A stretch of DNA of 63,824 bases, the filler included, from Reclinomonas americana ATCC 50394 (taxonomy: Eukaryota): NCBI GenBank assembly GCA_048213135.1. It is 19 parts of 19 records of this genome, joined end to end, with 100 filler letters (N's around TTAATTAATTAA, not from the genome) between each part and the next. Parts side by side here need not be neighbours in the genome. Positions count along the whole stretch, not along the records: positions 41,952 to 43,403 come from AFZH01021967.1; positions 43,504 to 49,661 come from AFZH01021968.1; positions 49,762 to 51,843 come from AFZH01021969.1; positions 51,944 to 54,565 come from AFZH01021971.1; 15 more parts are not named here. One strand, written 5' to 3'. Position 1 is the first letter of the stretch, and each line of letters opens with the position of its first letter. Positions 42,459 through 53,744 of this stretch are shown here, one piece after another. A program made the translations under genes and the position numbers. The notes under the pieces are model-generated. The model was not told where the DNA came from and did not search any database. It saw nothing but the letters and a program-made list of their open reading frames with translations.

Positions 42459-45400
42459 ATGCGATTCATCCTCCTCGCATGTGTGCTCTTGGCAACGGCC
42501 GTGATCACTGTCAGTGCGTGAGCGATCAGCATACACGCACACGCACAGAGAGAGAGGGAGGGGAGGAGGAGGAGTTAAAGAAGAAAGAGGAATGCAAGAG
42601 ACTGACTTCTCCAGCACACATCACTTCTCTCTTCCCTCATCCCTCCCTCTCTCTCTTCCTCCCAACACACTCCCCTTCTCCCTCTCCACTCCCTCCACTC
42701 TCCCTCTGAGTCGCACATGCAGCGATTCCTCTTGTTTACGTTTTCGCGCTCAAATTTATGTTTTCGCGCCCAGGCGCCTCTGGAACTGAGCTGATGGGAC
42801 GACCGATGGAGCCGGGCGCCAAGTGGCGAATGATTACGGGCTTTGGTGAGGCGGCGGTGCTGGATTCGGGGGTGAGCGCTGCGGAGGCCGAGGACACGTA
42901 TGTCAACATTACGCAAAAGACGGACAAGTATGATGCGGGTGAGCGGAGGGACGAGAGGGAGACAACGGGAGAGAGGGAAGGAGGGAGGGGTAGGGAGGGA
43001 GGAGGGAAGGTGATTGGTAGCAGACTCTGGTGGGAGCTTGCGATTGAGCAGTTGTTTTTTTGGGACGAATGGGAGGAGGGAGGGAGAACGTGATGGGAAG
43101 CAGACTCTGGGAAGACTGAGAGTTGAGCAGTTTTTTCTGTGAGAACGAGAGGCGAGGGAGGGAGAAGATGATAGGTTGGAGACTCTGGTGGGAGCTTGCG
43201 ATTGAGCAGTTTTCTGTGAGAACGAGAGGCAAGGGAGGGAGAAGGTGGTGGGTAGCAGACTCGGGAGAGACTGGGAGACTGAGCAGTTGTTTTTTTGGGA
43301 AGGAGAGCAGACTCTTGGAAGACTGAGTTCTTGAGCAGTTGTATTTGGAGAGGGAGGAAGGTGACAGGAAGCAGTCTCTACAGGGACTGAGCTTGATTGT
43401 TGCNNNNNNNNNNNNNNNNNNNNNNNNNNNNNNNNNNNNNNNNNNNNTTAATTAATTAANNNNNNNNNNNNNNNNNNNNNNNNNNNNNNNNNNNNNNNNN
43501 NNNGGGAGTCATGCAAGCAGTTCAACTATCAGTTGTCTGCCTATTCTCCTCTTGTCACGACAGCCAGAAGAGAGAGAGGGGAGAGGTGCACCGGGTGTTG
43601 GGACGAAGAGATCAGCTAGCACCCCGCACTGTTCCAATAACCACGCACTTCTCCCTGTGTCTCGACTATCAGATTGACAACTGAGATGGCAGAATGCTGA
43701 AAACCACATTACCAGTCCTTTTCCTCACTCACTCATCCTTCCCCCTCACCCCTGTCGCAGAAGTGCGCGCCAGCGCCGACATGATGGACACAGAATCGCA
43801 GGCGTACCACCAATACGTGCAGGACGGTGAGCTATTCTACCGCGACGATCCGGGCTCGCTGAATGTGATTACCGCGGACGAGCTGGTCATCAACCGCAAG
43901 GATCGCCTCGGCAAGGGTGCGCCGTCGCGTGTGATCTCGTGTTGCAGCACTTGGGGGCTCACATGTGCGGCAACAGGCTCCTCGGCTCAGGTGTTCTCTG
44001 GCCGCTGGCTCGGACGACGAGTCGCTGTCAAGATTGCGCGCTCCGAAAAGTACACGCGCGAGGGTGGATTGGCGCGGTTGGAGGAGGAGGCCAAGCTGAT
44101 TCTGTCGCTGCAATCGTTGCGTTATTCAGCGAGGATGAGATGCATCTTTGTTGTCGATTGTCCCTCGCTTACCCTCGCATTCTCCCACCCAGCTCCCCCA
44201 ACATTGTGCGCGTGTTGGGCATTGTGTACGACCTGCCTGACGGTGCCGCTCTGGTCATGGAGCATGGTTTGTGCTTCGACTTCCCAGTTGTCGGTTGTAG
44301 ATCCTTACTCCTGTTTACACAAGGCTCTGGTGTCACCCTGGACGACCTCCTGTTCGAGCACGAGCCAAAGCTCAGCCTGGCGCAGGTACCAATCATCACT
44401 TTGTCCCCAACATTCGGCTGCGTGTGGCTCACCCTTTTTGTCGCACACAGCGCGCGGCAGTTGCAGCGCAGTTGGCCATCGGCGTCGAGTACATTCACGA
44501 GCGTGGCATTATTCACCACGATCTGAAGACCGACAGTTGCGTGAGCCGCTTGTGCGCCGAAGCTGTCGCTTCCAGCTAACCTTTGCTTCCATGCAGATGT
44601 GATCATCGACATGGAGCAAGGCAGTGTGAAGCTGCTCGATTTTGGGCTGGCCACCGATACGACCGTGGAGCCGGTGCCGATCACGTACGACTATCTGATC
44701 GGGACGTCGGGGTACATGGCGCCGGAGATTGTCAATTTCCAGGTGTGTTGTAGGGGAGAGGGAGGGAGACAAAGAGAGAGGGAGGGGACAGAGCTCGACA
44801 GGAAAGGATAACGAGAGGGATAGAGAAGATAGCAGCATGCGAGGTCGGAGAGAAGGAGGGAGGGAGAGCGATGGAGGAAGGATGTCAGCATGCAGGATGA
44901 AGGGAGAGACTCGAGTATGAGGTGGAGAGCGAAGAGGAAAGAAAGTGAGGTGAGGCAGACTGATACGCTGCGAATCAAGAAAGTGCGAAACAACAAGAAT
45001 GGCGAGAGGGAATTCGAGAAAATCGAGTATGGGGTGAAGAGGGAAGAGTGAAATGAGGGAGGAGAGAGAAGAGGAAAGAACGTGAGTTGAGGCAGACAGA
45101 TAATCACGGAAATGGAGAAAGCGCGAATCGATAAGAAGAACGAGAGGGAAATGAGGGAGGAGAGAGAAGAGGAAAGAAAGTGAGTTGAGGCAGACAGATA
45201 ATCACGGAAATGGAGAAAGCGCGAATCGATAAGAAGAACGAGAGGGAAATGAGGGAGGAGAGAGAAGAGGAAAGAAAGTGAGTTGAGGCAGACAGATAAA
45301 CACGGAAATGGAGAAAGCGCGAATCGACAAGAATAATGAGAGGGAAAGCGAGAAAATCGAGTATGGGGTCAGGAGGGAAGAGAGAATGGGGAAGGGAGGA

Positions 45401-47225
45401 GATAGATAAACACTGACAGGAGTCAGATAATGCCAGAGACAGAGAAGAGAGGAAGGGAGAGAGGGAGAAACAGAACGACAAACGCGGCAGAAGAGAATGT
45501 TCGACATGGTAAGAAACGCGAGAAGGACGAATGCAGAAAGCAGCCGAATGCATGGCGGAGAGCAAAGAGATAGAAAGGGAAAATGGGCTTCGCTGGAGAT
45601 GGAGAATTTCGCAGCTTGTCACAACGTTCTTCTCCACTGCGTCTCACTTACCTTCTCCTTTCGTCTCTCCAGCCACACGATGCCAAGGCCGACGCATTCG
45701 CCCTCGGTGTGCTCTTGTGGGAGATTTTCAGCGGCAACGCAGCCTTCCCGCACGTCGACACTGACGAGGTATGTGTTCAACGCCACATGATTGTCGTCTC
45801 CACATCCTCGCGCTCTTTCCCTCCCCTCTCCTCCATTCACCTGCTTTTCGTCTCCTCGCATCTGCCACTCTTCTCCTCCTCTCTTTACTTATTCTCCTCT
45901 CCTGTCTTCTTCTCCTCTTCTCCTCTCCTCTCTTCTCCTCTCTTCTCCTCTCCCCTCCTCTCCTCTCCTCTCCTCCTCCTCTCCTCTCCTCTCCTCTCCT
46001 CTCCTCTCCTCTCCTCTCCTCTCCTCTCCTCCCTCTCACTCCCCTCCCTCTCTAGACATTGTGGTCGCACAAATCATCAAGCACGGCAAGCGCGCCCTCA
46101 CCACCTGGGTCGAGTGCGCACGCGAGAGCCTCGACCGCCATTTGCACGGCATTGCGGAGCCGCAGCGCACTCGTGGTCGTTACAAGGCCGGCGACGTGGA
46201 TTCTGGTGACTCGCCCGGCAGCGACGGAGAAAACGATGCCGACGGGGAGGAGTGGGCGGACGCCGAGGATGTCGACGATTATGCTTCGACGGTGGGTGGC
46301 GACGGCAACGATGCCGACTCACGGAGTCTGGCCACCATCGATGCCACGAGTTTGTGGGGTGATTTGGAGCGGGAGGATGCTGCCATGTTGCGTGTGATAT
46401 GGTGCGCACAAGCCAACGAAGCTGCTTGCTTACTTTTTTCATTGAGGCAGTGGTGAGCGACGAGTGTCGGAGCTAACGTCTGGACAACTGAAAGACTTGC
46501 GGCACCGACTGAGCCACGTACAACAGTGCCTCGATGTACGTCTCTCCCTCTCCCTCTCTCCTCCCTCCCTTATCTCGTTCCTCACCCGCGCGCACACGAA
46601 GGTCGGCGAGAGGAGCCTTGAAAAGCTGGAGCTGGCCGTGTATGCCGCGCAAAAGCGCGTGCTGGGCGAAGCGGCGGCCAACCAGAACACCACCCTCACA
46701 CCCGCCATGCGACATGCGACGGACGACGCGACTTCGCTGGGGAGTAGCAGTGGTGCAGGCGATTCGGGGCGCTCCAACCGACTGAGTTTGATTGCCTCGG
46801 CATTGGCGCCGCACGAGGAGCTGAAGAAGCTGTTCAGCACCGAGGTGCAGCGCATGGACACGCACATTCGTGCTCTGGAGGAATCGCTGCAGCGTCACAT
46901 GGACGACGGCACGCCAGTGCCTGCAGTGGCCGCCGCGAGTGCTGCAACTGTCGCCAACAGCAACAAGGGATCGGAGGCTAGGAATAATGCCGATGGCGGA
47001 CAGACGTCGCCCACAGGTCTGTCACGGTGGACGCCGGCCAGTCTGTGGTGGCGCCTCCGATTTACGGTCTCCAGTGTGGCGCGCAACATCAAGTGGTTTT
47101 TGTGGGATCGGTTTCGGTGGCGCGGACGAAGTGTGACGGCGTTTGTCTTGTTGGTATCGACGTGTTTCTTGCTGGTGCGATGGTGGGTGCGGAGGAGGAA
47201 GATGGAAATGGTAGTGAATTCATGA
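42459..47225 (+). CDS. TKL-like protein kinase with N-terminal signal peptide and C-terminal transmembrane segment, spans a gap
   Basis: Exon 1 encodes MRFILLACVLLATAVITVS. Kinase motifs: LGKG|SSAQVF, VAVK, EEAK, PNIVR, IIHHDLKTD|NV, KLLDFGLA, GTSGYMAPE, KADAFALGVLLWEI. The C-terminus is SVTAFVLLVSTCFLLVRWWV-RRRK. Confidence 0.88.
43005..43400. repeat. Intronic degenerate repeats (GCAGACTCTGG..GAG..TTGAGCAGTT)
   Basis: The motif recurs about 6 times in kinase intron 2. Confidence 0.75.
45040..45330. repeat. Intronic ~99-bp tandem repeat x ~3
   Basis: GAAATGAGGGAGGAGAGAGAAGAGGAAAGAA..TGAGTTGAGGCAGACAGATAA..CACGGAAATGGAGAAAGCGCGAATCGA is repeated three times. Confidence 0.85.
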
Positions 47226-47529
47226 CGACTTATCAACATATACCTCAAGAATACCAACACTCTCATTGATTCATTTCCACTTGGATACCATGCACTCAAC
47301 AAATGCCAACAACAAATCACCTCGCACGCTCACGGACCACAAAATAAAACAGAGCGCAAAATCTTGCTGTCGCCTCGTCCCAAAACTCTCTCCCTCTCTC
47401 ACTCCCTCAACAACACGACCCCAAACAACAGTTGAGAGAAAGCAGAGAAAGAAACCCAGAACGGAAAAAGCACACACGACGGAAACAAACCAACAAAAAG
47501 CATCACCGCCAGCTCTCCACCTTCTCCGT

Positions 47530-49661
47530 TTAGAAGGCGAACGCCAGCAGCGCGGCAATGGCCATCAGCACCACAGTCCACAGCGACGAGGTCGCGGCGA
47601 AACCGGCACCACCAGTCGTCGACACACGCAGGTTGGCCGACGGGATCGACTGGCCGAACGAGTTGATGGCGCGCACATTCACCACGTACGGCGTGCCCGG
47701 CTGCAGGTTCGCCTGAGTGAACGTGTAGTTGGCACGCGACGACGACGTCGAGTCGGTGGCGTTCTTGTAGCCGAAGATGACGTTGCCGCCGTTCTCCGGG
47801 AACGTCTGGATCTGGTAGCTGGTGATCAGGCCGAGACCAGTGTAGATCGGGGTCGAGAAGTTGACGGTGACCGAGGTGTTGGTGTTGGTGCCCTGAGTCG
47901 GGGCGGCCGGAGCGGCAGCCTGGCCCGTCTGGGTCAGAGCGCCCTGAGTCGGCGTGCCAATGTTGTTGTTGGCGGTGCCCTGCGAGCCCTGGCCGAGGCC
48001 GACGGTGTTGCCACCGATCAGCACCATGCGGTAGCGCGACGACGGCTTGATGGTCTGGAACAGCTGCACGCAAGTGCCGGCAATGGCCGGGTTGGTGCCG
48101 CTGCCGAGCGTGGCAGTGTTCATGCCCAGGCCGTCAGCGGCCGCCGGGTTGCCAGTCGACGCCAGGAAGCGGGTCGTCCACTGCCAGAACACCAGGTAGT
48201 AGGTGGTGGCCGCAGTCGTGCCCGAGCCCACCGCAGTCCACGACACGCGGTACTCGTTGGCGGCGTAGAAGTCCAGCGACGGGGTGCCAGCAGCCGGCAC
48301 AATGCCAGTCGTGGTCACCGGCGACGCCTGAATGTAGATCGACAGCGAGTTGTTGCCCGTGCCAATCGAGTTGGTCGCGTTGAGCATGAAGCGGTAGAAG
48401 TTGCCGTTCACCACCGTCACAGACGCCGTGGTGTCGGTGGCACCCACCGCCACAGCCGGGTTCGACGCAGTCGTGCCCGACGCACCAGTCAGAGCCTGGG
48501 CAGAGATGGTAGTCGACGCACCAGTGGCGGTCGTCCACGTGAACGCAATCGCCGTGCCAGTGTTGCTGGTCACCGCAAAGTTGGTCTGGTCGTTCGGCAC
48601 CTGGCCCGTCAGCACGTTGTTGTTGAGGCCGTTGCCGATGATGCCGTCGCCGAAGGTGGCCTGAGTGGTCGAAGTGCCAATGCCGTTGATGCCGCGCACA
48701 TCGATGAAGTAGTTGGTGGCGTCAGTGAGGCTGCGGATCACAGCCTGCTGCACCGAGGTGGTGTTCTGGGTCAGCGTGCTGGCCGTAGCCGCGCGCCACG
48801 ACACCTGCCACTGGTTCACGAAGCCCTGGCCGCCAGTCTCCTGCGGCTGACCCCAGCTGAGCCAGATCGAGGTCGAACGCTTGAGCAGAAGGTTCGACGA
48901 CAGCGACAAGATGCCGCTCGGGCGCACAGGCGACGTGGCCGTGGTGATTGTGATGGCCGACGCAGACCAGGCAGCCTGGTAGCCGTTGTACGATGCCACG
49001 CCAACGCGGTACTTGGTGTTGGAGGTCAGGCCATTCACCAGCAGCGACGAGGTGGTCGAGCCGAGCGAGCCAGTGAGCTGGGTCACATAGTTGTCCGGCA
49101 CAAAAGTGGTCGAGGTGACGTTGGTCAGGTTCTGCACCAGCACCTGCACACCGACAAAGTTCGAGAAGCCGTCCGAGGTGGCCAGCGAGTACTGCGTGCC
49201 CTGCACAGTCGACGGGGTCGACAGCGTGAAAGTGGCGTAGCCGGAGCCGGTCGTGCCAGCCGAGCCGCCAGTGGTCAGAGCCGGCAGCGGGTACGGGCGC
49301 ACAATCGAGTTGGCAATCTGAGACAGAGTGCCCGACTGAGCACCGTTCTGCGTCGAGGTCACACCAGAGTCCGAGCGGGTGTTGGTGGCCTGCACGGCGT
49401 AGGTGTACGACTTGCCCGGAATGGTCGGGAAGTTGAAGTTGGTGGTCAGCGTCGTCCACGTGTACGTGCGGTTGCAGTTGCTGGTGTTCTGCGTCACAAC
49501 GTAGCCGTTGATCGAGGTGCCGCCAATGCCAATCGGCGACGCCCACGAGATGCTGGTGATGGTGTCCTGGTAGCAGTTGCCAGAGAAGCCCACACCGAGG
49601 GTACCAGCCACAGCAGCGCAGCCGGCGCTCGAGTTGGTGCCCTGCGAGTTGGCCAGGCCGC
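47530..49661 (-). CDS. Multi-fibronectin type III cell-surface protein with C-terminal hydrophobic (GPI-like) anchor, 5' end in gap
   Basis: Repeated FN3 signatures (SISWASP..Y..PGKSYTYAVQATN; GLTSNTKYRVGVASYN; LTDATNYFIDVRGING; LQPGTPYVVNVRAINSFG). The protein ends in GGAGFAATSSLWTVVLMAIAALLAFAF*. The 2.1-kb stretch is intronless and strongly codon-biased. Confidence 0.85.
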
Positions 49662-49761
49662 NNNNNNNNNNNNNNNNNNNNNNNNNNNNNNNNNNNNNNN
49701 NNNNNTTAATTAATTAANNNNNNNNNNNNNNNNNNNNNNNNNNNNNNNNNNNNNNNNNNNN

Positions 49762-50226
49762 ATAGGCGCGCAGCTGGCGCAATGCCTCGCCCACTACCAT
49801 CGCCGCGGCCATGGCGACATTGAGCGAGCGCAAATCCGGGCGCATCGGGATATGCACGCTGGCATCGGCCGCAGCATAGACCTCCGGGAGAACGCCCGCG
49901 CTCTCGCGCCCGACCATGACGATGTCGCCTGGCTGGAAAACGAAGTCCGTATGGGCGCAAGCGCCGTCGGTCTCCGCCAGGACGAGGCGATGGCCGGCCT
50001 CACGCCGCCAGGCCTCGAAGGCGCGGAAGCTGTCATGGCGCGTCACCGCCGCTCGCTCGATATAGTCCATGCCGGAGCGGCGGAAATTGCGGTCGGAGAC
50101 GTCGAAGGCGGCCGGCTCGACGATATCGACGGCGATGCCGAGGCAGGCCGCCAAGCGTATCATCGTGCCGGCATTCTGCGGGATGTCGGGCTGGTAGAGG
50201 GCGAGGCGCAGCATGGCGGGCGTCAT
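49762..50226 (-). CDS. trmL: tRNA (cytidine/uridine(34)-2'-O)-methyltransferase, SpoU family (3' end truncated)
   Basis: LALYQPDIPQNAGTMIRL, FRRSGMDY, GRESAGV and IPMRPDLRSLNVAMAAA..GEALRQ. Confidence 0.93.
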
Positions 50227-50348
50227 GCTGCCGGCGCAGGTCGCACGTCAAGCGCCAGCTCGGCCATGCTCTGGCCTTCATTTGGCAGTGGACCCATATA
50301 ACGAAGCGTCGTCATCGCCAGCAGCCCGAGGAGGGCCACCCTAACTCC

Positions 50349-51843
50349 ATGTTCGCTCCGCTCTTCCGTTTCCTTGAAAGCCGCATCGACGTGTTCGCGC
50401 CCTTCGACGAGCGGCAGACGCCGCCGACCGGCGTGTTCCGCTTCATGTGGCACCACATCAAGGACGTGAAGGGCTGGATGGCCCTGATCATGCTGACTGG
50501 CCTCGGCTTTTCCGGGATCGAGGCGGCGATGTACCTGATGGTCGGCTGGTTCGTCGACCTCCTGACCAAGAACTCGCCCGAGCAGGTCTTCAGCGAGCAT
50601 GGCTGGCTGCTGATCGGCGCGGCACTCGTGGTCACCGTGGCGCGGCCGCTGATCTATTTCGCCAACCACGCCATCGTCGACCAGGTGGTGGTGCCGCAGA
50701 TCACCAACCAGATCCGCTGGCGCAACCATGTCTACACGCTCGGCCACGCGCTCTCCTATTTCCAGAACGATTTCGCCGGCCGCCTGTCGTCGCGGGTGAT
50801 CCAGGCCGGGCAGGCGATCCGCGGCGCCACGATCGAGGTGATCGACGATCTCTGGTACGCGCTGATCTTCGCCTCGGTCGCGATCGGGTTCTTCGGTTCG
50901 ACCAGCGTCTGGCTCGCCATGCCGGTGATCGCCTGGCTCGCGGCCTATGTCGCGCTGCTGATCTATTTCGTGCCGCGCGCCAAGAAGCGTTCGGAGGCGA
51001 ACTCGCTGGGGCGTTCGAGCACGACCGGGCGCATCGTCGATGCCTACACCAACATTCTGACGGTCAAGCTCTTTGCCCGGGCCGATGCCGAGCGCTCGGC
51101 CGTGCGCGACTCGTTGACGCGCTGGAACGCCTCCTTCCTCAACCTGTCGCGGCTGATCACCGGCGTCAGCGTCATCCTGCAGACGATGAACAGCCTGCTG
51201 GTCGTGGCGACGGCCTGGCTCTGCCTGCACCTGTGGAGCCAAGGCGAGATGACGCCGGGCGCGGTCGCCGCCGCGATCGGGCTGGTGCTGCGCCTGGTGC
51301 AGATGTCGGGCTGGCTGATCCATCTGGTCCGCGGCATCTTCGAGAATATCGGCTCGGTGCAGGAAAGCATGGAGACGATCGCCAAGCCGCACGACCTGCC
51401 GGATGCAGCCGACGCTGTGCCGCTCCAGGTGGTGCAGGGCGGGGTGCGCTTCGAGCATGTCCGCTTCAACTACGGCAAGCCGCAGGGGTTGTTCCAGAAT
51501 CTCGACCTCGAGATCAAGCCCGGCGAGAAGGTCGGCCTGGTCGGTCCCTCGGGAGCGGGCAAGTCGACGCTGGTCAACCTGCTACTGCGGCTCTATCCGC
51601 TCGATTCCGGCCGGATCCTGATCGACGGGCAGGACATCGCCCATGTCACGCAGGAATCGCTGCGCAGCCAGATCGGCATGGTCACGCAGGACAATTCGCT
51701 GCTGCACCGCTCGATCGGCGACAACATCGCCTATGGCCGGATCGGCGCGACGCAGGACGAGATCGCAGCCGCGGCCAAGCGGGCCGCAGCGCATGACTTC
51801 GTTCTCGGCCTCAGCGACCAGGACGGGCGCCAGGGCTTCGATT
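50349..51843 (+). CDS. ABC exporter, fused permease/ATP-binding protein (3' truncated)
   Basis: Six-TM ABC membrane domain (FQNDFAGR, GRIVDAYTNI.TVKLF), then Walker A GPSGAGKST and Q-loop VTQD. Confidence 0.92.
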
Positions 51844-51943
51844 NNNNNNNNNNNNNNNNNNNNNNNNNNNNNNNNNNNNNNNNNNNNTTAATTAATTAAN
51901 NNNNNNNNNNNNNNNNNNNNNNNNNNNNNNNNNNNNNNNNNNN

Positions 51944-52232
51944 AGAGATCGGGCGCGTCGCTGCCGAGGCTGCCGGGCGCTGGCCGCTCTCCGGCCTGCT
52001 CGCCATCCATCGCTTTGGCCTGATCAGGCCGAGCGAGCAGATCGTGCTGGTCATCGCCGCGTCGAGCCATCGGCGCGAGGCTTTCGAGGCCGCCGATTTC
52101 CTGATGGACTATCTCAAGACCCGCGCCCCGTTCTGGAAGCGCGAGCATCTCGCCGACGGCACGCTCGGCGGCTGGGTCGAAGCCAAGGCGGATGACGACG
52201 ATGCGGCACAGCGCTGGGAACAGATATCCTGA
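51944..52232 (+). CDS. moaE: Molybdopterin synthase catalytic subunit (5' truncated)
   Basis: IHRFG..EQIVLV.AASSHRREAFEAA.FLMDYLKTRAPFWKRE. Confidence 0.93.
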
Positions 52233-53292
52233 TCGGGTGAGATCGCTCGTTGCGGGGAGCGCGCTGGCCATGCTGCCGGCGCTCGCTTTGGCCGCGATGC
52301 CGGAGCCGAAAGGCTTCCGCGACTGGATGGCCGGCTGCGACAATCTCAGGACCTGCGCGGCGCTCTCCGTCCCCTCCGACGGCATCGACACGATCGCCTA
52401 TCTGCGCCTGGAGCGTCCGGCCGGGCCGGAGGGGGCTGCCAAGCTGATCATGCGCCTGAGCGGCGAATGGCAGAAGCCACCCTTGTCCGTCGACCTCAAG
52501 CTCGACGGCGCGGCTTTCCCGGCCGGCGGCAAGTCCATGCCGGTCTCCACCGCCGGCGATCTGGCGACGGTGATCTTCCAGCCGGCCGAGATGGCCGCGT
52601 TCATCGAAGCGGCGCGCAAGGCGACGAAGCTCTCCATCGCCGCTCCCGGCGTAAAGGCGGAGGTCTCGCTCTCCGGCGCCGTTGCGGCACTGCTCTGGAT
52701 CGACGAGCAGCAGGGCCGCCTCAACACGCCCTCGGCCCTGATCCGCAAGGGCGATGCCGGGACCGTTCCCGCTGCTCCGGCCATGCCGGTGATCATGGCG
52801 AAGCCTGCGAGCGGCACGTTGTCGGAGAAGGACGGGAAAGCCCTTGCCGCAGCGCTGCGCAAATATGTCACGCAGCGAGAGCCCGACCTGTGCAGCGATG
52901 CGGAGGTTTCGGCGGTCCCAGATCGGGTCTGGCCCCTCGACGGCAAGCGCAGCCTCGTCGCGCTGACCTGCTCGCTCGGCGCCTACAACGCCACAAGCGC
53001 ATTCTGGATCGTCGAAGGCAACGCGGTGGCGGCGGCGAAATCCGTCAGCTTTCCGCAGAACGGTGGTGATGCGAAGAACATGCTGACCAATGGCGAATTC
53101 GAGCCGAAGTCGGGCCGCATCAGCTATTTCGCCAAGGGACGTGGCATCGGCGATTGCGGCGCCGCCGGCGGTTACGCTTGGACCGGCGCGAGCTTCATCC
53201 TGACCGAGTTCATGATGATGGGCGAATGCCGCGGCATCGGCTCGGACGACTGGATCACGCTGTTCCGCAGCGAGGTCAGGACGGCGAAATAG
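52192..53292 (+). CDS. DUF1176-family exported protein (true start probably ~52237-52270)
   Basis: Signal-like N-terminus, FRDWMAGCDNLRTCAA, SLSG..AALLWIDEQQGR, C..GAYN, KGRGIGDCG and MGECRG. Confidence 0.85.
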   Translation: MTTMRHSAGNRYPDRVRSLVAGSALAMLPALALAAMPEPKGFRDWMAGCDNLRTCAALSVPSDGIDTIAYLRLERPAGPEGAAKLIMRLSGEWQKPPLSVDLKLDGAAFPAGGKSMPVSTAGDLATVIFQPAEMAAFIEAARKATKLSIAAPGVKAEVSLSGAVAALLWIDEQQGRLNTPSALIRKGDAGTVPAAPAMPVIMAKPASGTLSEKDGKALAAALRKYVTQREPDLCSDAEVSAVPDRVWPLDGKRSLVALTCSLGAYNATSAFWIVEGNAVAAAKSVSFPQNGGDAKNMLTNGEFEPKSGRISYFAKGRGIGDCGAAGGYAWTGASFILTEFMMMGECRGIGSDDWITLFRSEVRTAK

Positions 53293-53425
53293 GCCTCGGC
53301 CTTACCTGCTCCATCTTTGCCGTCATTCCGTGGCAGGTGCTGGGCCTGAGCCCAGACCTATGGTGCACTTCAACATTCCGGAGTGCTGCGACCATGTGTC
53401 GGCAAGACGTCATCAAAGACGGCAA

Positions 53426-53560
53426 GAAAAAAGGCCGGCGTCCCGAAGGAGCCGGCCTAGAAGTTTGAAACATCCAGCGCAAAGCGCCAAACATCTCAGA
53501 GGGGAACGGCTGGAACGAACTCAACGCCGGGAGGAGATGCGGAGCCCGTTCCGAACAACC
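53426..53560 (-). ncRNA. Candidate AbcR / alpha-r15-like small RNA
   Basis: The minus strand carries two anti-Shine-Dalgarno motifs, CTCCTCCC and GTTCCCCTCTG, followed by a GC hairpin and U-tract. It lies directly downstream of lsrB/vtlR, the known genomic context of AbcR in Rhizobiaceae. A TTGCGA-N17-GATATT promoter candidate lies upstream. Confidence 0.7.
53427..53458 (-). terminator. Rho-independent terminator of the candidate sRNA
   Basis: Minus strand AGGCCGGC-TCCTTCGGGAC-GCCGGCCT followed by TTTTT. Confidence 0.85.
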
Positions 53561-53744
53561 GTGAGTCAAATATCGGGCACTCCCTGCCTTTTCGCAATGC
53601 AGCATTGGGCGGGTCGGTTATGCGCTGGCAACATGACTCATTACTAGAATTCGTCACAATTGCGAGGAGACCGCGCGTGGCACGCATGCGCAGCCGGTAT
53701 GAGGCATGGCGCTGCCGGGATTTGCGGCAGCGCCTGCCCGTTTT

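Noticed and set aside
47266..49713. 815-aa plus-strand ORF opposite the FN3 gene (similarly 50223-51458 and 56249-57907)
   Set aside because: These are antisense shadow ORFs caused by strong GC codon bias of the real gene, with no protein-like features.
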